Origin: Lingula anatina
Taxonomy: Eukaryota > Animalia > Brachiopoda
Assembly: GCA_051362555.1 (NCBI GenBank)
Contig: CM120647.1
Location: 16,096,651-16,160,650 of the forward strand
Direction: 5' to 3'
DNA: 64,000 nucleotides
This document shows, piece after piece, positions 38,990 to 51,000 of the stretch (the stretch's first letter is position 1; each line of letters begins with the position of its first letter). The translations under genes were made by a program, and so were the position numbers. A model generated the notes under the pieces. The model was not told the origin of the DNA. It ran no database searches and worked only from the letters and a program-made list of their open reading frames with translations.

Positions 38990-41453
38990 ATGCCATTAAA
39001 AGACCCCGATGCACCTCACTAAATTGAACGCTTAAGATTCAAATTGCTTATCACTAGTCTTACTGTGAATCTTAAAAAAGTAACAAACAGGCAAAATTAA
39101 GAGGATTTGCAATAAAATAATTTAATGTTGCCGTACCCCCCCCAGCCCCCCCCCCCCCCCCCCCCCCACCTATTGATCCTCATCCTGGGCCCACTAGTGA
39201 TATTATTACTAATTCCTTTCCTTAAAAGTACAAAATATCAACCATTTCTTGGTTTCTCAACTTCTGTAGAAACATTAACGTGCATTGTGCATGTAGTTGT
39301 GGTATGTTTCATGAATAAATCAAAGGAATTCTGCAGCAACAGAATTTAAAATTGCGTTCCCATAACCTTATCGTTCACGCAGTAACGCTCCATCTCAGCG
39401 GAGATTCTCGCTAAGGTGCAATCAGCTTAATTGTCTGGCACGCCCCCTCGCAAAGCAACACGAAAGGCACCACGGACCACAAAGTTCTTCCGACTTTATC
39501 CATGTTCTTTAAGTTACGAGGGGGCGTGCCAGACATTTAAGCCCCTTAAACTGAATGCAATTTAGCAAGAATCCCCAATGAGTTGGATCAATCCAGCTAG
39601 TGCGATAGGGTTATGGGAATGGTCCCTGAAAGTATATATCGACAGTTCCTAACAATTTCTGATTAATTAAAATGCAAAATGCTTGAAAGACCCTTGGTAG
39701 GTGATAAATATCTGTATAAAAAATAATTCAAATACAATTAAGCCTAAAGGATAACTAATAAGTACAACCTTCACGTGTCATCCATACAGGGCCCTAGCAA
39801 TTAAATTTCGAAGTCATTTAATTTAGCTTTAATTGCTAGGCCACTGCAGGGATGACGCGTGAGATAGGAGGAGAGACCACTGGGGGATTAAGCGGCATTG
39901 CTTTCAAGTGGGGTCGGCCATATTTGACCCTCGGACAAGTTAGTTCAAGGATCATCTGTTGTGAATGCGATCATACTTACGTCATGGTCAAACACCAGCC
40001 CTGTTGAACTGTTTAATTTGTGGACAGTTCCGCTCAGCTTGGTCCAGCTAATCTTGTCCGCGCCATGCAGCTCAAGAGTCCCGTTGGCCTGGATACCAAT
40101 AAACTTCTGTCCAAAGCCCGCTTCGTCGGCAAACTCGTCTTTTTGCCCTTGAAAAAAAAACAGAAATACAGTTAGTGTCGATTACCACCGCTCTGCTCGG
40201 GCCAGTGGATTGCTGTTCGTATTAGTTGCTAAAATCTGAATGGACTGATGGGATTTGAGCGGTTGTCTTAGATTATGTTTCTATTATCTATAAATGTCAC
40301 TTTCAATTCTTTACTTTTTGTTATGGGACTGGTGACTGATGTGATTTTGAACAGCAGTTTCTGGGGTCCTTGACCAGTCAGTTTGGACAAGTGGCGATTT
40401 TGAACAACAGTTGTTTTGGCTAAATTTTCCATTACATTTAAACTTTACTTTGGCGGTAGCATTTTTAAGACGCACTAGCATTTTTTAAAGTCTACTATTC
40501 AGAGTTGCCACTGAGCTTAAAGACTGGACATTAATTCATTTTGGAATACTGTTTACTGTTAACCCCCACTGTCATTATATCCTATATCATATTCTATATC
40601 CTACATTAGATGCGGAAAAATGTTTAAATAGCTGACACATACTTTACGTTATTCACAAAACAAGTCACATTTCCAACCCTTTTCACTTTTCTTTCTTATT
40701 TTTCACAAATTTAAATTAACAAGCAGTATTTTTTTTTAATCTTGAGATCTATCTATTTTCTTAAAAACAGGACAAAAAATCCCCATCTTACCAATTAGCG
40801 TAATGATAGCTCTGCTGTTTTCAGGATATCGACACTGGGGCTCACTGCCTCCCACTATAATTGCCCCGCCGCCACTGATGTGTATACGACCGGACTGCAG
40901 CTCAAATCTCCCGCCTATGTCCCAGACCAGTTTCCCACCATCTTCGATATGCACTTCGGCCAGTTTGGGCGGGGACATGTTCAGAAGGATCCCCTCTGTT
41001 ATTTCGACGACCTCGCCGGAGCCAGGAGTCTGTGACAAATAAATATAAAGGTAAGAAAGTTTTGAAGTGCACAGTGCTGTATGTGAATTTGTTTTCAGCG
41101 GACTTTATATGATAAATAAACCTAATCATTAAAGAAAAAATGTTGCCTTATTTGTTAAAATTTGTGATAAAAAGATAAAGATAAATATCATGTATAATAA
41201 AGGCCAGCTTATGAATAGCAATATTAAAAGTTATTAACGTTTTATTGTTCGTCTCTTTTTTTTACAAAAAAAAAAAAAAAGACGGATGCTAACCAGACAC
41301 GTGTCATTAAAAAAACCTTTATCTTACCCGACCATTTCCCCAGGTTGCAGGATCACTCCAAGGTTTCAGCCCCGATTCCTGCCACGGGCACTGTGCACCG
41401 ACAAAACACCAGCGAAGACACAATAAAAGAATTAAAACTGAGAATCTTTCCAT
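20982..41453 (-). CDS. CEMIP-like: CEMIP/TMEM2-family protein (G8 domain, GG/ILEI-like region, beta-helix PbH1 repeats), secreted form (~1100 aa, 23 exons)
   Basis: Phase-consistent exons: 41453-41328, 41029-40792, 40147-39981, 38651-38507, 34442-34278, 33761-33534, 33082-32978, 32580-32411, 32010-31938, 31621-31491, 30811-30678, 29550-29484, 28934-28800, 28233-28037, 27784-27749, 27131-26994, 25841-25655, 25275-25069, 24771-24569, 24139-23975, 21972-21807, 21437-21366, 21029-20982 (total 3303 nt). Family motifs: CPWQ..GLKPW, FGQKFIGI..GTLELHG..K.SWTKL, WKPGDRIIVTSTDY, VDMRAEVAVLTRNV, DTFGGH, YPIHFH, SIHHTFSRC, GHCFFLEDG, FWFTNP..NNVAAGS, NNVAHSN, YKN...AWVRG, D.DGSVTG. Confidence 0.92.
22490..23620 (-). 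mobile_element. Degenerate Tc1/mariner-type transposase fossil in a CEMIP-like intron
   Basis: Broken minus-strand frames give RVYRYPEEAY...DSVSIWSRF...KTPMVVIDENLN and QLPWSSKSPHLNHIDNI, matching the Tc1 motifs RV.RR.GE.Y / SVMVWG / WP..SPDLNPIEN. Stops and frameshifts are present; TIRs not identified; boundaries approximate. Confidence 0.7.
24431..24552. mobile_element. Short MITE family A-related copy
   Basis: GGGACCATTCC...GGATCGATCTA...TAGATCGATCC...ATGGGAACCCAGTC. Confidence 0.65.
27162..27390. mobile_element. MITE family A-related copy
   Basis: GGGTTCCCATAA...TTCTCGCTAAATTGCATTCAGTTTAAG / CTTAAACTGAACGCAATTTAGCGAGAA...GGGAATGGG inverted arms. Relatives at 24431-24552 and 39353-39626; partial copies near 26290-26368, 37493-37575 and 54659-54727. 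Confidence 0.75.
28915..29225. repeat. Degenerate ~60-65-bp minisatellite (about 5 units) overlapping a splice acceptor of the CEMIP-like gene
   Basis: Recurring A(G/A)CCACGCCCCTAAAAGTGA...TTAATG(C/T)TGAAATGTG units starting near 28925, 28990, 29055, 29105 and 29167. Confidence 0.8.
30045..30635. mobile_element. Non-autonomous DNA transposon (PIF/Harbinger-like MITE)
   Basis: Terminal inverted repeat AGCCTCGGTCACAAC...GTTGTGACCGAGGCT flanked by TAA and TTA; GC-richer interior than the host intron. Confidence 0.8.
35109..35530. mobile_element. PIF/Harbinger-like internal-deletion element with ~50-bp TIRs
   Basis: GGCTTCGTTCACATGGAAAGTCTATTTTCTAAAAATCTATTTTCTATTCGC at the left end and its exact reverse complement at the right end; TA-type flanks; contains a short minus-strand ORF starting at 35421. 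Confidence 0.85.
36508..36712. mobile_element. MITE with ~30-bp imperfect TIRs
   Basis: TTTACACTGGACGGCGTCCTTTCTGCATCC ... GGACGCAGAAGGGACGCCGTCCAGTGTAAA. Confidence 0.7.
37905..38119. mobile_element. MITE family A (CATTCCCA termini, GATCGATC subterminal motifs)
   Basis: Reverse-complement copy of 56182-56364; flanked by TAA and TTA. Confidence 0.8.
39353..39626. mobile_element. MITE family A-related copy
   Basis: GCGTTCCCATAACC...TGTCTGGCACGCCCCCTCG / CGAGGGGGCGTGCCAGACA...GGTTATGGGAATGG palindromic structure. Confidence 0.75.
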
Positions 41454-42114
41454 GGAAGCAACACGATCGTGTGCCATATCGACAGCTTCCTTTTGCGATT
41501 TAGAGCTCGCTGTTAGAATACCGAGAATGATATAGCCCGTTGCTGCATAATTACTGAAGTTAATTGATTTTTTTTTCGGTAGTAATTTCGGATGCTTCTG
41601 TCGACAGCACTCTATGACGCATTATGGTATGCGGGCCTAATTGGCGCCTTAATCTTTCATGACACTTTTTTCGATGGCGTTAGGCAATGGATTTGGTAAT
41701 TCAACTGAATTGCAGCCAATTTGTGAAGGTGTCCTTCACCGTTTTCCCTTCCCTTTCTATATTTGTGTCTCTGACTAAGTCAATCACGAATTGTGTAATT
41801 ATGAGTAACAAGGTCACGCAATGCTAAATTATAAACAGGGTAGGGCGGATGATTTTGCTTGTTAAACTATGTGCGGTGGTTCCATTCCGACGTAACACAA
41901 GTCATATAATATTAACAAACAATTTATGAACATATTATTTTTCATGTATATATGGATGAAAACGGCTGCCTAACTCACAGTTTCTTAACATATATAGGCC
42001 CCTACATGAATGTGAGTGCGTGTGCGTGTGCATGAGGCGTGTCCGTGTGAATTGTGTCCATGTGCTTAAATATGTATGCGCTTGAATGCGAGTATGCATG
42101 CACGAGTGCGTGTC

Positions 42115-42152
<38 letters not shown>

Positions 42153-45027
42153 CTGTGTGTGTTTTCTGTGTAGCGACACCCAAATAAGGACACAGTTCTA
42201 TGCAGTGTAAATATTGCATTATCCCAAAATTTGCTAGCCAATACCGCACAGTACATGTACAGTGTAGTGTTAATAAATTCCTTGCTATGTGTTCTATGTG
42301 TAAAATATCACATTTTCCAAAAATAAGATAATAATCGATTTCGTCTCCACGTGTTTGAACGAAAAAAATTATCTTACAAACAAAGGCATACAAAATATTA
42401 ATATTCTGATGATAAGGTAACCTCCCCCACCCACCAACCCCCGCCCCAACCCCCTTCAAATACCTTTACTGCGACCCTGTCAGCGGTTTTTAATATGAAC
42501 CCCATCACGTCAGGTCGCTTAGACTTCAGTCATAGAACTCCACGCGTAGAATCTGAATAGATAACTTAAATATTTAAAAACAATTTTAAGAAAATTATGA
42601 TACCAGTGCGGTTGGTTAAATGGGGCGTTATGATACCTCAAGCCAATAAGAAGGGAGTCTTAATCTCGTTTATGGATTAACTAAAGAGGACCTGCTCTTT
42701 AAGTACAATAAACGGTCAGCTGAAGAAGTTGGACTCGCTGAAGTGATCTGGCCATCTTCACGTCAATCCGTCGGGAAGAGCTGGGGAAAAGAGGCTGACA
42801 GACTGGCCCAGCTAAGAACACGGTTAGGTGAGTTAAAGGTCATCCATTCAATCATCATTTTCACAAGTCTTCAAACCTTACGCTAGGGAGAGAAGGAAAA
42901 TGACCTCTGTGCGCTTTTGAAAAATAATAAAAATGATGATCCAAATGGCTGTGAAAGGTCATTTTTTTAGCCTTACGGCTTATACAACTCCGAAGGGGGT
43001 GGGGGTAGTGTTTGGAAAAAGTCTACTCTTTGTAGACTTGCGAAAAAGATGATAAAAATGGAAGTTCCGTTCTTTCATAGAAAAATTTAACTGTTTATTA
43101 AAAGTCGCGTTTGGTGATGTCTGTGTGTTGTAATGAGCTGATAGGACTTAACTGAACACATGGGTTTGTCAAAGATAATTAAAAACATCTTAATTATATA
43201 TACACATAATTACACCCTCTTACATTTAGAATGCATATTGATGATTCTTATATTGTTAAGATGTGAAGGTCGTTAAGCTGCTGAACATTTTTGCTCGGTT
43301 TTTAATTTAAATATCGAAGTCCTGTCGACATGTTAAAGCATGTCGTCCGAAGGTTTTTCTAAATCAAGAAATGGTTGACGTTCTCTGTGACGCGAACACA
43401 TTTACAACTCGCACACAGCAAAAGTCATTAGCAGAACATAACAGAAATACAATACGGGACCCATTTTGTTCACACAGAAACCACGATGAAAAGAAATCCA
43501 TTTATAACGAGAAAATTAATATTTCACAAATACATCAAAGCGTGAGTTAAACGGTCGTTAAACCCAAGCTGCTACGATTCTTAAGTCTGCGTAAATGACA
43601 CTTAACGGCTTGCTGTTAATGGCCGAATATGATGAACTATTTTCGGGTTTACATTTTGTGCAAATCATTTTTTCAAAGAACCATACATTGGGCAGAAGTG
43701 GCAGACGCAGTTAACGTACAATAAAAAGTGCTGGTTTGTGAAAGAAAAACGTTACAGGAAAATAACTATATGTATATGGTAGCGGCGGCTTTTCTGTTGC
43801 CTTTATATTACTTTTACACCTGACTGAGCTGAAAGCAGCATTGATGAATAATGATGATAATACATAGATTATATAAGCACCATAAATTTATAAATAATAC
43901 AAGTTTCTGGCGCATACTAGGACGGAGGAGGACGGGTGGGGGGGGGGGGGGGTAAAATGCCAGATCATTATTTGCCATATGATGATTCATCACAGTATCC
44001 TTTCTCATATAGGCTAATCATGAGACGACAGTTTAATAATTTGGTAAGCTTCACAAATAAATATATAGTTTTTTATTTTATTTATTTAGTTAGTTTATGC
44101 GAATAAGTTTTAATATTTTTTGTATAATCCGTGCAAATTTAGAAACGACGCCATGCATTTGTAAATCTACATATTTAGTCATTACTACCTCCCCCGTTCA
44201 GAGTAACACCGCTAAATTATATTAATAAGTAAATCTGAGCTTTGTTTGAAAGAAATCATATGCACTGATCCCCCCTCCCGCTCTCTTTCGCACATCTTTG
44301 TAGAAAATAAAAGCACATTGGATGTACATGAGGTCGCGACTCGATAAGGTCGAACATTTAGGTTTACTGCTACAATGAACGTTGCCAGGAGCAACGAAGG
44401 AATGTCAGAATGTTTTGAGAAAATGACCACTGTTTCTCACATCTCGTTGACTCTGGTGTTAACAATAAGATATACATCCAGGCAATGGCTACATGTACAG
44501 CTGTATAAGTCCCGTTTATCACCGATTATTAGAACACATTATCAGTAATGATAAACAGTGCTGTACTTGTGGGGGTGTCTCAATATTCCGAAGGTTCACT
44601 GGTCCGAAAAATCGTGTGTACGTGTATATATCTCCCGAGTCAATTAGACAGTCATGCTTTCCTCTCATTTTTAGAAGTGAATATATCGATATAACAAGAT
44701 AGTCTATTTTAAAAAGGGGTGTATTGGTTTAGAGCTTTGAACTGAAAAAGATATATTAGTGCATTTGTATAAATAATGGGCATGAAAATGGCTCTGGGAC
44801 GGACTCAAACGCACATACAGTATACCTTTCATTTCAATGTTGTACAAGAAATTGGAATAAACAAAATAATGGGTTTGCACGATAATTATACCTAAAAATG
44901 TGACTTTGGGACATTTTCACACGCATATTCCAAATATTTGAGTCATTTTAAAGATGAGAATTGTTTACCGTGCAGCATTTCCTTAAATTTGTCTCGCACT
45001 GAATTCACTTTTTTTTTTCACAGAACC

Positions 45028-48000
45028 ATGCTGAGTATACAGATACAAGTGATCCTGTCCATTGGCTTGTATTGGGCCGGTGCCACACTGCCCCCTATCG
45101 ACGTGAGCAGTTTTCTGCCTGGACTGGACATTGGTTTGTTAGAAAGTGGGTTGATAATCACAATTGGTGCAACAAAATAAAACTCAAAAATCCTCAACTT
45201 GGATACAATTAAAGACAACTTTTTCTTTTGGTCTCTAATTCAATCTTGCACACCCGTAACCGTACCGGTTTCAAATTGCATTAAACCTCAACCATGCTCT
45301 GTTCAAATTTAGCCAAAAATTTATCGTTTTGGTCACTGCACAAATTCTCTTTTTACTTTGTCAATCTTGTAAACCCCTTGCGTTCTTCAACTTTAGTCAA
45401 AATTCATAACCAAGTGCTATAGCAGATCAGCACAAAAGTTCTAAAACAATTTGAAAGAATAAAGAGGTACACTGATTGAGCTTGTACTAGTAGCAGGCCT
45501 ACAGTTACATGGTAACTATCAGATTGTGAAGGTTCCTTCCAACTTGACGATCCTCGAAGGACTTTTTTTCTTTCAGGCTGTCAGCTCGACTTGTGTTTTG
45601 CCATCGACGCATCAGAAAGCCTCACTCAACAAGGTTTTGACAACGAGCGTTTCTTTGCTCAGCAGGTAGTCCGACGAATTGCCAGTTTTGGAAAAGACGT
45701 TAGCGCGCGTTACGCTGCCGTGGTGTTCTCGACCAACGTCACTTTGGTATTCGACTTCACGGTGGAGCAGACGACCGCCTCCATTGTGGCTAGTCTCGAG
45801 GAGTTGCCGTATTTCCAAGGTGAGAGTTTATTATTATTATCATTATTATTATTCACGTCTGTTTAAACGCCGCCTTTTTAAATCTTTCACCAATTTAATT
45901 TTTCATTCTATTGTTTTTTTTTTCTTTGATAACGTATGGACTATACTATATTACTATTGTAAACCACATGGCCTTCAACACACCAGTACAGTACAACCTG
46001 TGCACCTAGGTCTACATGTAGCTACTTTGAATATCTCAATAATTCAAGGCTTCATAATTACCTAACCAGCATATTATACACTTTATGATTAACAGCTTAC
46101 CATTCTCTACATTATATCCATGCTTTTAGGTAGAACCAATATCCCTGATGCCATGAATGCCTGTGGTATTATTCTGTCCGCGGAGTCGTTTGGTGGAAGA
46201 CCCACGGGATCCGTGCTCAAGACAGCCTTAATACTTACTGATGGTGTCGCAAATGAAGGTCTGGGATATTCAGTATAATGAATTGGTTCCAGCTAATATT
46301 ATATTACGTGTAGTAATTTTGTAGAAGTTACTTTAGTTTTTGATTAACTTGGGCTACTTTCTTTTTAAATATCTGGTTATTTACATTGTGCATAAATATT
46401 AATATCATTTCTTGGTAGCCACTATAGGTGGCCTGGTAAACTAGTGGGACCATGTCATTTGTAACAGGGGAGTTTACACCCATCACAACACCCTATTGAA
46501 AGCCCCAATCCGTATTAGCCCCGTCCTTCTCCACTTCCCTAACATGAGAGCGTAACTTTTCACAGGATTCACTTGTGATTCACTATGACCTAATTTTCAA
46601 GGTTAATTCACTAACCATTAATAGAATAGCCTTTTGCAGGGAGTTCAACTATACAAGCTGCAGCGAAGAACATGCGCAGTCTCGGTGTGCGCAGCATAGC
46701 GATTGGCGCTGGCCCCGGAGTCAACAGGTCACAGTTGTACGAGATTGCGCAGAACGACTTCCGGTTCGTGTTTCAGGTTGAGGACACGGAGAGCCTCGGG
46801 GACATTTTTGATAGCATTGGTCTGGCGGCTTGTAATGGTAAAGGTTAAAATGAGCGTACTTGTGAAAAAAAATTAATTAAAAATGTGTTTGTTTATTGCA
46901 ATTTATTTTCAGTTTTGTGCCTTTTCTTGCAGTAATTATCAAATTATTTTTTCTTCAATATTCAGTATTTAACTTAATTTTTCAAAAAATTAGATATTAT
47001 ATTTAAATGCTCCAACTGCTATTCTTGTCACGTGTGTATTGCAACTACATGTACGTACACCTATCGGCATATGCCAATGCTATAGATTGCGGTTTTTCCA
47101 GTACATTACAAGGACATAAATGTTTGTTTGATCTGATTCAACATTCTGCAATATTCTTTTAGTAACATACTAGTATACAGGTCCGACAGGGACAAAAATA
47201 ACGAAATTAAAACTTTGCCGTTTGCTTCAGTTGTGCCATCGACAACATCGGCCCCCACCCCTCCCCCAACCACTGCAGAGCCATCTACAACAACGCCAAC
47301 AACAACAACAGCGCCACCTACAAAACCACCGTCTACCACGACATTACCACCGACAGAACCTCTGACGACAACGTCACCTACTGAGCCGCCTACAAAAACT
47401 GAGCCAGCAATCCCATCAACATCGGGTATGAATATCTACTTAACGTACATCTTTGCAGGTCATTTATTAACATGAAGGCCTATCACAAATCATTTAATAC
47501 TCAATTTGATCAGTTCAGCCATTATTTGTACTGCAGAAATTACTTTTAAAGATACTGTGTAGTATGTTAACTGAATTAATCTTTCTTTGGTGTTATCAGT
47601 GCATTAAAATATAAACTTTTATTTATATCTGTTTCAGTACCTTGTTTGTGGTCGGGGTGGTCTTCCTGTGATGCGCCGTGTGGCGGAGGAATACAAAGAC
47701 GGACAAAAGACTGCTGCAGCTGTTCTCCAAGAATAGAAATCAGATCATGTAACCATGAGGCGTGTCCGCGTGAGTGCAGCCGCCTATCGCGATTTTTTGC
47801 ATAAATTGCTTCTCAGAATATAAATTAAATTAAAACATTTTTGTAGACCCTCCTTAAAAAATAATTTGATTTCAACTTTAATGATCGGTGTTCTGCTACA
47901 TCTGCCCTAGGCCTCTCTTTATAATGTATGTGTAAAATGAAAATATTTAGTTTATTTTCAAAATATTATAATAAATACGGTACATCTGTAATTTAAGATT

Positions 48001-48047
48001 TTTTATAAGCATGAACAATAAAGACGCAATTGCAAGTGATAATTGCC

Positions 48048-48079
<32 letters not shown>

Positions 48080-51000
48080 CAATATACATGAAGCGTTTTT
48101 GTGTCTTCCCTTTACTAGTTGACGGTGGATGGAGCGCGTGGTCCGGTTATGGCGCATGTTCCCTCAGTTGTGGCGACTCCGGACAGAGAATACGTTCGCG
48201 CACGTGCAGCAATCCCGCACCAACCGGAAATGGTGCCCCATGTGTTGGACCCGCAGCGGAACTATCCAGCTGTGACGTACCGCTTTGCCCAGGTGTGTGT
48301 GTGGATGTGTGCGTGTGTATGTGTGTGTGTGCGTGTGTGATGGAAAATATTTCACGTCGATAATTACACACATAGGCCTACTTCATGTTCTGGTGTTTGA
48401 TGGAAAATTACAAACGATTCACACAACATATAGGCCCACTTATAGATTTTGCTGTATATTCTGGCTTTCTTTGCACATTTTTACCAAGTCCATATTTGCT
48501 TATTTTTGGGCTATATCTGTTGGTTAACATACATAACCTAAGATAACATAAAATATACAATTGGATATAATTTACTGAATCATATCCACTTTGATTAGAC
48601 TACATGTACTGTATTTGGATTGTATTCCAACTTTTATCAACAGAAAAACAAATCATTCATTCATATTATCACCCAATATGATATTATCCATTATTAAAAG
48701 TATTCTGTTTTCAGTGCACGGTCAGTGGTGTGATTGGTGTGGCTGGTCAGCTTGCAGCGTGACATGTGGCACGGGTATCCGCACGCGCTCACGCAAGTGC
48801 AACAACCCTGCGCCTGCGCATGGAGGGGACGACTGCGTAGGCCCTTCTACCACAGAGGAGGTTTGTTTCGAAAGAACGTGTCCTTGTAAGTATTCAACGG
48901 TTCGTCGTTTGCTAGTACACGCATGAGTACTGTACAAATTAATGCAAACTGACAGGAGAAGTGCATGTATCTGTCCAAAGTAGAACAGTGGCGGATGTGT
49001 GTGTTGGGGGGGGGGGGGGAGGTCCTGAAACCCCCTTCGATTTCTGAAAAAAAAATTACACCAATGATCCCCTCTTGAAATTATAAATTTGTCTAGTCGA
49101 ATCAGAGTTCTTCAAATGCCAAAATGACACCTCAAATGCCAAAATTCAGCGGGACACGGGGGGGGGGGGGGGGGGGGGTTGGGGGGGGGGGGCGGTGAGG
49201 GTCGGCTTTGCGTTCGCGGACCCTCCTTCAAATAACCCTGGATCCGCCCCTGTAGATAGATTCAGGTTTTACTATGACTTTGTTTTGAGCTGAGATTATC
49301 TTTGGTATCATCTATGTATGACATTATAAATACAGAGCACAATGGGACGATTTTTATTTAATCAGGCCAATACGATGAGAGAATAATCAAAGTCATAATA
49401 ACTCTTCGTTTTGGGCCAAAAATTGGATTTTCCTGGAGTAAATGACTATTTTCCCGTACCTTACAATGGTCAATGACCCCATTCCTGCATTCAAAGTTAG
49501 TCTAGGTCTTTTTTCCTAAAAGTTTGTTTTTTTTTTTTGTTAAAATCTCTTAAGCAGACAACAACAACAATTTATAACAACAATATAAGATTCATACGAT
49601 ATATTCGTCTTGTTGCTCAAAATGCATTTATATCTACGATATGTGCAGTTCTGGGCTTTTCATTATCCGATGCACTGTACAAAAACTCGCAATTTACGTC
49701 TGAAGATAGAATTGCATCATGCGTCTTTTTTATGCCGCCATATGTTATTTTGGTCTCGAATGAACGCGAGAATCCGCTTGATACCCCAACGTCATTGGCA
49801 ACGGATGCCTTGACGAGAGGGAAGGAAGGCATCGAAAGCCCTATTGACAAGCACAGTTTTTAGTTTTACTACAATAACAGCCGTTTTAGTGGTGAAATGC
49901 AATATAATATATTTCCCTGCGTTGTTTACAATGTATTTCTTGCGGAATATGAATCTCAAGGAAACAGTTATTATTGCTTTAAGAAAAAACGTTCAAATGT
50001 GTTACAGCTGGCACGCTTTCCATTCAAGCAATTACCACAATATGGATTTTGAGAAAAAGAAAAATTTGGCAGATAATTCGAGAGGATTCCTTTTTTTTTT
50101 TTTTTTTTTTTTTTGCTGAACGCGGTTTACAGGTGTGACGTGGTGTTATAGCGGGAAAGCTTCTGAATTAATATCAAATTTGGTCACTTTTATTGATAAG
50201 ACTGCACTGATCGTTCCTTGTCCACGAGAGCCCACATTCGTTCTCGTGACATCCTCATTCGTTGACGTGATGGACTGATGTGCGTCATCCGGGATTCGTA
50301 CCCGTGACTTTACGTTACCATGGTTAATAACGCTTTGGATGCCTCATTTGCATCCAAAGTGCCTCATTTGCATCCATGCACACCCAATCGATAATCAGGG
50401 TGCAGCATTTCATCCCACGCAACCCCAGTCCCAGAACATGGTTTTTCATGAACAGTTAATTTCATCATGTCAGAAGCCGTGTTTGAGAATCCGACACGGA
50501 GCTCGGGAGTTTGCTTACCCAAGACATTCAAGAGCACAATGGGATCAAAGGCCATTGCTTTTATTTTCATTTTGTTTTGCACTGGAATAACGTTTGTTTT
50601 CACCTTTGACGTTGTAGAGAACGATGAGGTCCGCAGCAGCTCACGACTCGGCGGTTTTAGAATTGAGTAGTCTTTACTCTTTCAAATGTCGACTGCCGAC
50701 TTGCCCCAGGTACTGTCTTGAGAAGCAAGGGTCCAAGATAGAAAAGGAGGGCCACGAACAAACAAAATGTGCCTGTTAAAGGAGTAGAGGCGACGCGACT
50801 TTTGTAAAAAATCAAAAAAATTCTCTCTGATAATCCCATCAAGAAGATAGAACATTTTGATGAAATGCAGTACGTACAGAGTTAGCTATAGCTCAGTTTA
50901 AGTTCTAGACCTGTGGCACCAATAGAAGGACTTTTAACTAAAGAGAAATGAAATATAATCGTCGACGCAGATGTAACCTTTGTAAAGTATACCGTATATT

